Origin: an uncultured virus (IMG/VR IMGVR_UViG_3300006484_000009)
Taxonomy: Duplodnaviria > Heunggongvirae > Uroviricota > Caudoviricetes
DNA length: 64,000 bases
Direction: 5' to 3' (one strand)
IMG/VR virus record: IMGVR_UViG_3300006484_000009
Shown here: positions 1 through 9,425 of the stretch, piece after piece
How the letters are laid out: every line of letters starts with the position of its first letter
Numbering within the stretch: position 1 is the first letter of the stretch
Notes under the pieces: generated by a model
The model's database searches: none
The model's input: the letters and a program-made list of their open reading frames with translations, nothing else
Told to the model about the DNA's origin: nothing
Translations under genes and position numbers: made by a program

Positions 1-1187
1 CCTATTGCATTATCAAATACATCTAAATTTTTATCTAATTCTAATAAAATTTCACTATCACCACTATATGAACATACAGTTTCTCTACCATAAGTATCAC
101 TATCTCTAGGCTCACCACAAGAACCACATCTAGTACTACTAGTTCTAGCTCTACCGTAAATTAAGAATTGGTTTCTATCATCAGTCTTTTTTCTAACAAA
201 TTCAGCAGTTGTTATACTAGTACCAGTAAAGCTACATGTGGTTTCTCTACCGTATTCATCACTATCTCTAGGTGCACCACATGAACCACATCTAGTGCTA
301 CTAGTTCTAGCTCTACCGTAAATTAAGAATTGATTTGTTATTACTTTAATATCTAATCTAGGTGGGTCCAAATATATATTATAACCCGTATCATAATCAA
401 ATATTTGAATATCACTTTCTTTTGGTTCTGTACAAAATGTAGTTACCACATCTGAACATCCAGATAAACTTTCACAATCCAAAGTACACCCAGTATTATT
501 ACCATAGAAGATGTTCCAATACTTATTTTCAGCTCTAGTTCCCATATAAAAGAAAAATCCTTTATTTTCTGGGTAAACATCATTCAATGTTGTTCCAGTA
601 TAATTAGAACAATCTTCAGTCTTCTTTAACCAAAAATCAGCAACCCAAGCTTTAGGTACTCTAGTTGGTAATACTTCATATGTTGAACCATCTAACTTAT
701 AATAACCTTGATAAAAACCACCACATAATTTAATATTTTGTCCAGCAGTTGGGTCACCATATAACTCAATTGGGTATATAAATTGTTGTGTTGAACCAGT
801 AACCATATTAAGTATTAACCTATTATCATTTGCTGGTATCGTTAATGTTGTACCAGTTAGTATATCAACTAACCCAACATTCTTATTATCACCTGGTGCT
901 TTATTATAAATTAATTGACCATTATCTAATCCAGTTAAACCAAATGTATCAAATGTATAACCAGTATTTGTAGCACCAGTCCAGGTAGTTAATGAATAAA
1001 TTTTATCTAAATTCGAAGAATTATTAAATGTTAATGGGTCATTAAAATCATACCAAACAACAAAGCATTCAGCTGATTCATTATTAGCACAACATTCGTA
1101 TCCTACTTCATCGTTAGACAAATAGAAATCGTAATACTCACTATCAGTAAGTTTTAAATCTATTTTTTTATTTACAAAATTACCCAT
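1..1187 (-). CDS. Virion structural/tail-associated protein, partial (runs off window start), with a 54-aa CxxC tandem repeat
   Basis: Not in ORF track. ATG at 1187 gives MGNFVNKKIDLKLTDSEYYDFYLS..., in frame with the repeat region near the window edge. Follows the tail fibre gene. Confidence 0.75.
   Translation of the reverse strand, partial: MGNFVNKKIDLKLTDSEYYDFYLSNDEVGYECCANNESAECFVVWYDFNDPLTFNNSSNLDKIYSLTTWTGATNTGYTFDTFGLTGLDNGQLIYNKAPGDNKNVGLVDILTGTTLTIPANDNRLILNMVTGSTQQFIYPIELYGDPTAGQNIKLCGGFYQGYYKLDGSTYEVLPTRVPKAWVADFWLKKTEDCSNYTGTTLNDVYPENKGFFFYMGTRAENKYWNIFYGNNTGCTLDCESLSGCSDVVTTFCTEPKESDIQIFDYDTGYNIYLDPPRLDIKVITNQFLIYGRARTSSTRCGSCGAPRDSDEYGRETTCSFTGTSITTAEFVRKKTDDRNQFLIYGRARTSSTRCGSCGEPRDSDTYGRETVCSYSGDSEILLELDKNLDVFDNAI
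79..335 (-). repeat. Two ~95-nt direct repeats, 162 nt apart, encoding NQFLIYGRARTSSTRCGSCGxPRDSDxYGRET
   Basis: Copies at 241-335 and 79-173 are near-identical. Confidence 0.9.
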
Positions 1188-1199
1188 TAATATTTTTTA

Positions 1200-3989
1200 T
1201 TAAAATAATTCAAGTGATGACCTTTTCCAACCATCACTACCTTTAATATATAAATAGTTATCATCTCTAGTTATGTCACCAATTTTACCATAATTATCCA
1301 AACTTGAACTTGGACTATATTCAGGAATTATTAAACTTAGTGGTGATATTGAATTATTTGTAACCCAACTACCCTCTGAATTTAATTTGAATTCAGCATT
1401 AATACCAGAACTAACACCATTTATTAATGATATACCACCACCTATTGCTGTTGCAGTTGTACCATTGTAATTTAATTCAATATTATTATCTTCAGCCGCA
1501 ATAGTTTGTGATTCTAAAATTAAACCATCAGGTGCTGTCATCTCTTTTATTGCTTCAACAATCCATGGGATTATTTCACTATAATTAAGATTTAACATAC
1601 CATCACTTTTAGCTCTATTTCTAACTAATTCAGGTACAATTTCCTGAACCTCTTGTGCTATGAAACCAAATCTAATACCAGAACCCATATTCGATTCTTC
1701 AGTATATTCAAAAGAAACACCTCTTAAATTTTTAATAACATCTAAAGCTGTTGGTAATGTGTTAATATTTCTTTTTAATCTAATATCTGAAACACCAGCA
1801 ACAATTCTACCACTTGCATCAGTAGCTATTGGGTCAGTAGATGTTAAACCGTCTATTACTAAATCTGGAACATAAACTGTGTCAGCTGTCGAACCAGTTA
1901 TATTCTGACCACCAATAACAGCACTACGAGCACCAGTAACTCTTGAATTAGTTGAATGTATAAATGATGTATCACTAATAGCTATTGTTGAACTACCACC
2001 AGCGTGTGAATAGTTACCACTAGCTGTTGTTGAATTACCTTCTGCGTGAGATGAAATACCACCAGCTATCGTTGACTGACCTTCTGCGTGAGATGTTAAA
2101 CCACTAGCTGTTGTATTACTACCCTCAGCATGAGAATAATTACCAATGGTTGTGGTTAATCTACCTTCAGCATGTGATGACCAACCACTAGCGATAGATT
2201 GTTCACCTTCAGCATGTGAAGCAAAATTAGCATATGTATTATACCCCCCAGCATGTGAATAATCACCACCCGCTACACTTAGATAACCTTCAGCGTGTGA
2301 ACCAATACCACTAGCTATTGTGCCACCACCTTCAGCATGTGAATAAGTACCACTAGCTGTTGATAAATAACCTTCAACATGTGAAGCAAACCCAATAGCG
2401 GTAGTTAAAAGACCTTCAGCATGTGAACTAATACCAGAAGCTGTACCACCACTAACAATAATAACACCATTAAAGTAACCACCCTCAGCATGCGAACCAG
2501 CACCAATTGATTGTGAATAATAACCCTCAGCATGTGAAGTATAACCACTAGCTTTTGTACCTTCACCTTCAGCATGTGATATAAGACCACTAGCTATTGT
2601 ATAACTACCTTCAGCATGTGATGCATCACCACTAGCTGTTGTAGCATAACCTTCAGCATGTGAATAACCACCAATAGCTCTTGTTAGACCACCCTCAGCA
2701 TGTGAACCTATACCACTAGCAGTTGAAAATTGACCTTCTGCATGTGAATATTGATTAGTTGTTGATGTTTGATAACCTTGAGCATGTGAATAGTTACCGC
2801 TAGCTATTGTTGCTCTACCTTCAGCGTGTGAATATAAACCACTAGCTGTTGTATTATACCCTTCAGCATGTGAATAATCACTTTCAGCAGTTGTTTGGAA
2901 TCCTTCAGCATGTGAAGTTACACCACTAGCTATTGTACCCGAACCTTCAGCATGTGAGTAATTACCACTTGCGGTTGTTTGATTACCCTCAGCGTGTGAC
3001 GTAATACCACTAGCTACTGTAAACGAACCTTCAGCGTGAGACTTTAAACCACTAGCTGTTGTATTAGAACCCTCAGCGTGTGAACCTTGACTACTGGCTG
3101 TTGTACTCTCACCTTCTGAATGCGAATATTCACCCAATGCTTTTGTTAATGTACCCTCAGCGTGTGCGCTATCGTCACCAGCTACTGTAAACGAACCTTC
3201 AGCATGTGAACTATTACCACTAGCTATTGTACCAATACCTTCAGCATGTGAATACAACCCGATAGCCGTTGTACCATTACCTTCAGCCAAAGCATAGTCA
3301 CCAGAAGCCAAATTACCAGCACTTTCAGTTACAATAGCAAAATTACCAGTTGAAGCTGACCAAAATGTTGTACCAGATGTAACAGCAGATACTGATTGCC
3401 AAGTTGCCATACCTTCAGAATTTGAAGTTAAAACATATCCAATTTGTGGGTTATCACTAACTATTAATTTTTTAGTTCTTAATATTTCAGTATTATCAAC
3501 CCAAATAGTCCTACCTGTAAAATCTAAGGTTTCTGCACTATAAATAAAAAAGTCTGTCGAAACAGTACCACTATAGTTGCCTGGGGTTGGTTCTGACATC
3601 GTTATTGGGTATAAATTAGAAGCACTAACACCAGAGTATGTTAAATTAACTAAATTACCATCTATTATGGTTGTAGAACTACTACCAAATATAGCTGATA
3701 TGTTTTGAGATACACCACTATTACTTGGTGTTAATGCTGATATAGATGAATCAACAGCTGAAACACCTGGGATACCCCATGTGAACACTGTTGTTGCACT
3801 ATTACCCGAATACGAACTAATAACACCAAAATACTGTGATGTTTGTGCCGTGGCCGTTAAATCAGGTCCAGATGTTAATGCACTAAATGGCATACCAAAA
3901 ACTGTAGTACCTGATAAAGTTGTTTCAGTTCTCTCTCTTTGTTTTATTTGTCGATTGTCAGAATAATCTAATTTTGTTCTAAAAGCCAT
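1200..3989 (-). CDS. Tail fibre/spike with YadA-head-like 14-aa repeats and a peptidase S74 intramolecular chaperone domain
   Basis: About 30 SHAEGxxTxASGxx repeats; SDIRLKRNI...GFIAQEV...LNYSEII S74 motif. Confidence 0.85.
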   Translation of the reverse strand: MAFRTKLDYSDNRQIKQRERTETTLSGTTVFGMPFSALTSGPDLTATAQTSQYFGVISSYSGNSATTVFTWGIPGVSAVDSSISALTPSNSGVSQNISAIFGSSSTTIIDGNLVNLTYSGVSASNLYPITMSEPTPGNYSGTVSTDFFIYSAETLDFTGRTIWVDNTEILRTKKLIVSDNPQIGYVLTSNSEGMATWQSVSAVTSGTTFWSASTGNFAIVTESAGNLASGDYALAEGNGTTAIGLYSHAEGIGTIASGNSSHAEGSFTVAGDDSAHAEGTLTKALGEYSHSEGESTTASSQGSHAEGSNTTASGLKSHAEGSFTVASGITSHAEGNQTTASGNYSHAEGSGTIASGVTSHAEGFQTTAESDYSHAEGYNTTASGLYSHAEGRATIASGNYSHAQGYQTSTTNQYSHAEGQFSTASGIGSHAEGGLTRAIGGYSHAEGYATTASGDASHAEGSYTIASGLISHAEGEGTKASGYTSHAEGYYSQSIGAGSHAEGGYFNGVIIVSGGTASGISSHAEGLLTTAIGFASHVEGYLSTASGTYSHAEGGGTIASGIGSHAEGYLSVAGGDYSHAGGYNTYANFASHAEGEQSIASGWSSHAEGRLTTTIGNYSHAEGSNTTASGLTSHAEGQSTIAGGISSHAEGNSTTASGNYSHAGGSSTIAISDTSFIHSTNSRVTGARSAVIGGQNITGSTADTVYVPDLVIDGLTSTDPIATDASGRIVAGVSDIRLKRNINTLPTALDVIKNLRGVSFEYTEESNMGSGIRFGFIAQEVQEIVPELVRNRAKSDGMLNLNYSEIIPWIVEAIKEMTAPDGLILESQTIAAEDNNIELNYNGTTATAIGGGISLINGVSSGINAEFKLNSEGSWVTNNSISPLSLIIPEYSPSSSLDNYGKIGDITRDDNYLYIKGSDGWKRSSLELF
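1985..3300 (-). repeat. 42-nt period coding repeat array (SHAEG repeats)
   Basis: Recurring ccttcagcatgtga...ccactagc units. Confidence 0.9.
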
Positions 3990-4005
3990 ATATTTATGTT
4001 TTATT

Positions 4006-4035
4006 ATAAATATTAAGATATTTGAATATATTTAT
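4006..4035. promoter_or_regulatory. Divergent pair of putative late promoters (ATATTTAT on each coding strand)
   Basis: ataaatat at 4006-4013 for the minus gene; atatttat at 4028-4035 for the plus gene. Confidence 0.65.
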
Positions 4036-4050
4036 TATTAAAATATATTT

Positions 4051-4521
4051 ATGAGATTCACTAAAGAATATTTTGAAAAAAATAAGCCTCTTACCAATGA
4101 AATTAAATTGGATGAGTTAATTGATATGGATGGAACACCTATTGAAGGTGACTTCAAACCTGGTTATAGTGATATACAAACAGGTCCAGTAGCTAAATCA
4201 TTTAATGATAATTCTGATTATGAAAAAGGATTACCAACTACAACGGATAAAATGGCTACATATGCACAACCAAGAAGTTGGTGGGCACTTTACTATGGTT
4301 ATGGTGGAACACCTTATAGTCATGGTAATAAACCTATTTCTGAAGCTGAAATGTTAGAATCTTTAGTTGATAAAAAGGAAGATAAAGATATTGTTGAAAA
4401 AACAAAAGATTTGGACTTAGAAGAAAAATTAAAACAAATTGAGGATATCGTTAATAAATCAGATTTATCTGATAAAGATAAAAAAGAGATGTTAAATGTA
4501 ATTAATGATTCTAAACAATAA
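4051..4521 (+). CDS. Hypothetical phage protein
   Basis: ORF track; first gene of a plus-strand operon. Confidence 0.8.
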   Translation: MRFTKEYFEKNKPLTNEIKLDELIDMDGTPIEGDFKPGYSDIQTGPVAKSFNDNSDYEKGLPTTTDKMATYAQPRSWWALYYGYGGTPYSHGNKPISEAEMLESLVDKKEDKDIVEKTKDLDLEEKLKQIEDIVNKSDLSDKDKKEMLNVINDSKQ

Positions 4522-4524
4522 CTT

Positions 4525-4950
4525 ATGAATATTAACGAAGAAAATAAAGATTTAGATAAGAAAGGTGATTTTGTTATTATACCAGGTGAATTTAAACATC
4601 ATTTTAAAAGTGATAAAATAAGTTATAGTAATTTAACAACAAAAAAGAATCGTCTTGAAAAAAATCCAAATCCTAACCCAGAAGAAAAAAAACTATTGAA
4701 TTGGATTAATAAAAAGTTAAAAACTGAAATTCAAAAAGATAGAGGACCAAAAGCAGCCAGAATGCATATTGATGCTGAAGGGACAAAGCAAGGTAAAGAT
4801 GGTGGGAACAATTTTAAGAATAGAAAAGCGACTGATGTAGATAGAGTTGGTGAAGTTCTTAAAATTAGAGAATCAGAAATGGAGCAAGAAATGCATTCTA
4901 TTAGATATTTAATAGAATACATGGATAACAATAAAAAAAATAAAATTTAA
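4525..4950 (+). CDS. Hypothetical phage protein
   Basis: ORF track; tight operon spacing. Confidence 0.8.
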   Translation: MNINEENKDLDKKGDFVIIPGEFKHHFKSDKISYSNLTTKKNRLEKNPNPNPEEKKLLNWINKKLKTEIQKDRGPKAARMHIDAEGTKQGKDGGNNFKNRKATDVDRVGEVLKIRESEMEQEMHSIRYLIEYMDNNKKNKI

Positions 4951-4955
4951 AAGTC

Positions 4956-5294
4956 ATGTCAAGTAATAAATTAGAACAAGCCGCAATTGCAACTAGAAAC
5001 ACTTTAATTGCGATTAACAATTATGACAATGTTGATGATGCAAATAACTATACATCAACACACACTAGAGCATTAAGTGACCAACAAACACCAATTAATG
5101 GTAAAGGTACTGGTGTATTTTTGGATACTTACAATGGTGGTGGTAGTTTAGATATTTACGGTAATGCAGCATCTGCTGGTTCAGGTAGATTGGCAGCATT
5201 TGCCAATAACACATCAACTTGGGGATTTGGACCAACTGCGTATTATCAACACCCAGACACATCTGGAAATGTTGGACAAGTAACATTTGGTTAA
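4956..5294 (+). CDS. Hypothetical protein, possibly structural
   Basis: Gly/Asn/Thr-rich ORF. Confidence 0.75.
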   Translation: MSSNKLEQAAIATRNTLIAINNYDNVDDANNYTSTHTRALSDQQTPINGKGTGVFLDTYNGGGSLDIYGNAASAGSGRLAAFANNTSTWGFGPTAYYQHPDTSGNVGQVTFG

Positions 5295-5304
5295 AAATTA
5301 ATAA

Positions 5305-5730
5305 ATGAAACTTTACAATATTTTTCAAGATATTATATTAGAAGAAATATCCAAAGACCAAGAGTTAATTAACGAAGGTACTCTTGAGGATATCAAATCC
5401 GCTATGGAAAATACTGTATATGTTTGGTTTAAATATAAAACAGCTGATGGAGTAATAACAGATAGATATGTTATGCTAGATAAATTAGGAACATCTTTAG
5501 CGAACAATGGTGTTGTTAGATTATGGCAAACTGGTGGTCAAACAACTAAAACTAAAACAAATGGTGGTGTTAATGGTTGGAAATTATTTAGAATAGATAG
5601 AATAATTCCTGGTTCAATTAAACCAACTAACATGAAATACCGTGAACCAGTTCGTTCTGGGGAACCATATAACACAAATGGTGATAGAAAGATGAAAGGT
5701 GCTGTTACTGTTGCAAATTATACAAAATAA
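5305..5730 (+). CDS. WYL-like domain protein
   Basis: VWFKY...DRYV...GWKLFRIDRI resembles the WYL FRxDRI signature. Confidence 0.6.
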   Translation: MKLYNIFQDIILEEISKDQELINEGTLEDIKSAMENTVYVWFKYKTADGVITDRYVMLDKLGTSLANNGVVRLWQTGGQTTKTKTNGGVNGWKLFRIDRIIPGSIKPTNMKYREPVRSGEPYNTNGDRKMKGAVTVANYTK

Positions 5731-5740
5731 AAATTAAATT

Positions 5741-6304
5741 ATGAATATACCACAACCAATAGACGTAAGTAGACTTAAAGGTATTTTAGGTAACGCAAAA
5801 ACATTAATGGCCAAAGTGGAAACTGGTAATTATGAAACTGGACATGTTGATGGTAGAGCATTAACTGAAGAAGGAGTTAAACAATTACAAGCTGAAGGTG
5901 TAAGAAGACCAAGTACTCAAAGTCAACCTCAAATTAATGAATCAAATATTAAAAATTCAAGATTACCAGAATCGATTAAAAAAGCAATGTTGGAAAATCC
6001 AATAGCACAACCAAATGGTATGACACATACATTTACACTTGATGATGTTTATGATATAGCCGATGAAAAACCAATGCCATTACCACAAGCTAGAAAACAA
6101 TCAGTTCATGAAAATGTAAATTATCAACAACCACAACAAAATGTTGTTGGGTATAATGATAATGAATTAAGAGCAATGATGAAAGATGTTTTAATTGAAT
6201 ACTTATCAAATGAATACTCAAAAAATTTAACTGAGTCAGTAATTAAACAAACCATTTCAACATTAATTAACGAAGGTAAGATTACAACTAAGAAAAAAAT
6301 ATAA
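5741..6304 (+). CDS. Hypothetical phage protein
   Basis: ORF track. Confidence 0.8.
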   Translation: MNIPQPIDVSRLKGILGNAKTLMAKVETGNYETGHVDGRALTEEGVKQLQAEGVRRPSTQSQPQINESNIKNSRLPESIKKAMLENPIAQPNGMTHTFTLDDVYDIADEKPMPLPQARKQSVHENVNYQQPQQNVVGYNDNELRAMMKDVLIEYLSNEYSKNLTESVIKQTISTLINEGKITTKKKI

Positions 6305-6323
6305 TAAAAAATAAAATTTTAAA

Positions 6324-6352
6324 AAAAAAGGGGAGGTAACTTCCCTTTTTTC
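6324..6352 (+). terminator. Intrinsic terminator (possibly bidirectional)
   Basis: AAAAAGGGGAG-GTAA-CTTCCCTTTTTT. Confidence 0.8.
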
Positions 6353-6437
6353 ATTTACATTATGTACCATATGATATAATTGGTGTATAGTATTTAGATT
6401 TTTTCAATTATATAAATATTTATAATAAAAAAACTAT

Positions 6438-7334
6438 ATGGATAAATTAATTGAAAATAAAATAATAGAACTTTATTTAAGCGGAATTGGGTCAACAACA
6501 ATAGTTAAATTAACTAATATACCCAAACGTAAAATTTTAAATTTACTAAAAAATAAAAATATACTAAGAAATAGACATCATAGTAATGATTTTTATAATC
6601 AATTTTGGAATGAAGATGATATGTGGTGTGGTAATTGGGTTTGTGAAATGTGTAATGAAACAATTAAATTTTGTGTAAATAATAAAGTTTATTTAAATAG
6701 GAATTTAAATAAAAAGAAAATATGTAAAAGTTGTGCAAACAAAAATCAAATGGGTGAAAACAACTCATTTTATAGTAAAAAACATACTGAAAATAGTAAA
6801 AAATTAATATCGGAAAAAAAAATAGGTATTAAGACTAGTGACCACATGAGCACCGATAAATATAGAAAAATAGTTAGTGATTTAGCCAAAGAAAGGTGGC
6901 AAAGTGGTAAAATGGAAAAAACTAGATTAAAATTAAGTCAAATGATGAAAGACAAACACGCTAACGGTGAATTAAAATCAATAAATAGGTCAAAACCTGA
7001 ATTTGAAATAATTGAATATTTAGAAAGTATTAATATAAAATGTGAACCAAGTTATAATGTGGAATCAAAAATATTTGACATATATATACCTAAATATAAT
7101 TTATTAATAGAATATAATGGTGATTATTGGCATTGTAACCCTAAAAAATATGAGGCTGATTATTATAATAAGAAAAAAAATAAAACTGCTAAAGAAATAT
7201 GGGAATATGATAAAAATAAACTTTACTTAGCAAAAAAATATGATTATAATTGTATTGTAATTTGGGAAACAGATTACAAAAAAAATAAAAATATAATAAA
7301 AGAAATTTTTAATAATTATGAACAAATTAAATAA
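6438..7334 (+). mobile_element. Free-standing putative homing endonuclease (Zn-binding CxxC pairs, NUMOD3, Vsr/DUF559-like PD-(D/E)XK domain)
   Basis: CEMC/CKSC; GENNSFYSKKHTENSKKLIS (NUMOD3); FDIYIPKYNLLIEYNGDYWH...IVIWE; own ATATTTAT motif at 6416-6423. Confidence 0.75.
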
Positions 7335-8617
7335 TATGACCCCAGACAGTCGAAAAAAAACTAAGGTATTAGTAGTACCTAGCGACAGGTCTGGGGTCGG
7401 CTGAAGGTTATTTCAGAAGTGTTGCCCCACATGTTGGGTTAGAAAGATTCTACCCAGAAGAATTCCATGTTGATATTAATGAAACCCCAGATTTAAATAA
7501 TGATGAATTTTTAAAACAATATGATATTGTACATTATCATAGAAATTTAGGTCAATATGAACAAATGCCTAGTTTATTAGAAAAATTAAAATCAATGGGT
7601 ATTGTAACGATTATGGATTTAGATGACTATTGGGCACCAGGTCAACACCACCCAGCGTATTTGATTATTAAAAATTCTAAAATGTCTGAAAAAATTCTAG
7701 CAAATATTAAAATTGCTGAAAACATTACAACAACTACAGATGTTTTTGCAAGTGAAATTGGGAAATATAATAAAAAAGTTTTTGTATTGCCAAACGCAAT
7801 TGACCCAACTGAAAAACAATACACACCAAATCCAGAAAAATCTGATAGAATTAGAATTGGGTGGTTAGGTGGTAGCTCACACTTAGAAGATTTAAAACTT
7901 TTAAGTGGGTTAGTTAATAAACTTAAATCAGATGGTTTGATGGATAAAATACAATTTGTATTATGTGGTTTTGATTTAAGAGGTAATGTCACAATGATTG
8001 ACCCTAAAACTGGTGAACAAACGCAAAGACCAATTAAGCCTATGGAAAGTGTATGGTATGAATATGAAAAAATCTTTACGGATAACTATTCAAGCGTTAG
8101 TGAAGGTTATAAAAAACATTTATTATCATTCACAAAAGATGAATATCATGATATAGCTAATGAACCATACAGAAGAGTCTGGACTAAACCAGTTAGCACA
8201 TATGCTACTAATTATAACCTATTTGATATTTCATTAGCACCATTGGCTGATAATCTTTTTAACAAAGTTAAATCACAATTAAAAGTGATTGAATCTGCTT
8301 TCCATAAAAAAGCATTGATTGCTCAAGACTTTGGACCATATCAAATTGATTTGGTTAACGCTAGAGTTAAATCTTTAGATAAAAATAACCCAGTAACATT
8401 TGATGGGACGGGTAACGCTTATTTAGTTAATAATAATGCTAAAGAATGGCATCAGTTTGTTAAAAGATTAATAAATAATCCAGAACAAATTGAAATACTA
8501 TCAAATAATTTATATAATACTATAAAAGATAAATATTCTATTGAAGCTGTTTCTAAACAACGTAGAGAATTATATTTATCACTATTAAAAGAAAAGCAAA
8601 ATGGTAATATTCAGTGA
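7318..8617 (+). CDS. GT-B (GT4-like) glycosyltransferase whose true N-terminus lies in another frame (7318/7336-7401), joined by putative recoding at 7399-7408
   Basis: Frame 1: ...KTKVLVVPSDRSGVG*. Frame 2 from 7406: GYFRSVAPHVGLE..., continuing without a stop into ORF 7565-8617 (MDLDDYW, IGWLGGSSH, KSQLKVIES). Confidence 0.75.
7338..7416 (+). promoter_or_regulatory. Two RNA hairpins around the recoding site
   Basis: GACCCCAGAC (7338-7347) pairs perfectly with GTCTGGGGTC (7389-7398), with inner GTCG/CGAC and AGGTAT/GTACCT stems. CTGAAG-GTTA-TTTCAG (7401-7416) contains the TGA. Confidence 0.75.
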
Positions 8618-8726
8618 GTTCTACAACCTGATTCAGTGTGCATATGATGAAGAAGGAATTATCGGATTTTGTTATTTCGATAAGATAATGATAACCAGAT
8701 ATGGTTTTGAAATATTAAAAAAATAA
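8601..8726 (+). CDS. Small hypothetical protein (41 aa)
   Basis: MVIFSEFYNLIQCAYDEEGIIGFCYFDK...; fills the gap between adjacent genes. Confidence 0.5.
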   Translation: MVIFSEFYNLIQCAYDEEGIIGFCYFDKIMITRYGFEILKK

Positions 8727-8730
8727 AGTT

Positions 8731-9357
8731 ATGGAAAAAATACCTAAAGAAATACTTGATGCTATGAAAATAAATACTCAAGATGCAATAGCGTTTAATG
8801 GTTATTATAAATCTACTGATTTTACACCTAAACGAAAAAAGAAATTAACAATTAAGAATAAATTTAAAAATTTACTTAAGAAGTTTACTAACAAAGTGAA
8901 AAAATCAAAACTATTAATTACAATTAAGAATTGGTATCGTAAAACATTTACTGAACCTATTAGAGTTAAAAAAGCTAAAATAGAAGAAGAAAAATATATT
9001 AAAGAATTAAAAGCCAATTTTTCGAAAAAATTTAATGTTAATATTGAAAAAACAATTTCAATAATGAATAGTCCAGGATATAGTCCACCAAACATTGATA
9101 ATAATCAATTATTAATTGAAAATCGTTTAGATATTAATAAAAGAAAATCAATGTATAAATTTGCACCATTTATTTATGATGTTGATATTGTTGATATACA
9201 TAATGAAAATATTAACCCTGAATACCCATCCATCAATGAGTTAACAACCAGTGGGGATACTGAATCTTTAAATTTACTGGATAAACAACTTGAGTTTTTC
9301 AATAAACGACCACACTTAACAGTTGGTGGTAGAAAAAGAAGTGGTAAATTGTATTAA
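8731..9357 (+). CDS. Lys-rich hypothetical protein
   Basis: ORF track. Confidence 0.75.
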   Translation: MEKIPKEILDAMKINTQDAIAFNGYYKSTDFTPKRKKKLTIKNKFKNLLKKFTNKVKKSKLLITIKNWYRKTFTEPIRVKKAKIEEEKYIKELKANFSKKFNVNIEKTISIMNSPGYSPPNIDNNQLLIENRLDINKRKSMYKFAPFIYDVDIVDIHNENINPEYPSINELTTSGDTESLNLLDKQLEFFNKRPHLTVGGRKRSGKLY

Positions 9358-9385
9358 AATAGTGGTTTTTAATTAAAATATATTA

Positions 9386-9393
9386 TATATTTG
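9386..9393 (+). promoter_or_regulatory. Bacteroidota-type -7 promoter element TATATTTG
   Basis: Matches TAnnTTTG, upstream of 9426. Confidence 0.6.
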
Positions 9394-9425
9394 CACCATA
9401 ACAATTATATTAAAATATTTTATTT

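Noticed and set aside
79..335. Repeat pair as a DGR template/variable region
   Set aside because: Both copies are in frame in one gene, differences are not clearly adenine-restricted, and no reverse transcriptase is in the window.
1985..3300. 42-nt periodic repeats as a CRISPR array
   Set aside because: Repeats are degenerate at synonymous positions and encode the in-frame SHAEG protein repeat.
6310..7400. Group I intron carrying the endonuclease inside the GT gene
   Set aside because: No upstream GT exon or recognisable P/Q/R/S core; the GT N-terminus lies entirely downstream of the endonuclease.
7402..7404. TGA as a reassigned or read-through codon (alternative genetic code)
   Set aside because: Read-through stays in the wrong frame, and TGA and TAG terminate other genes normally, so standard code 11 fits the window.
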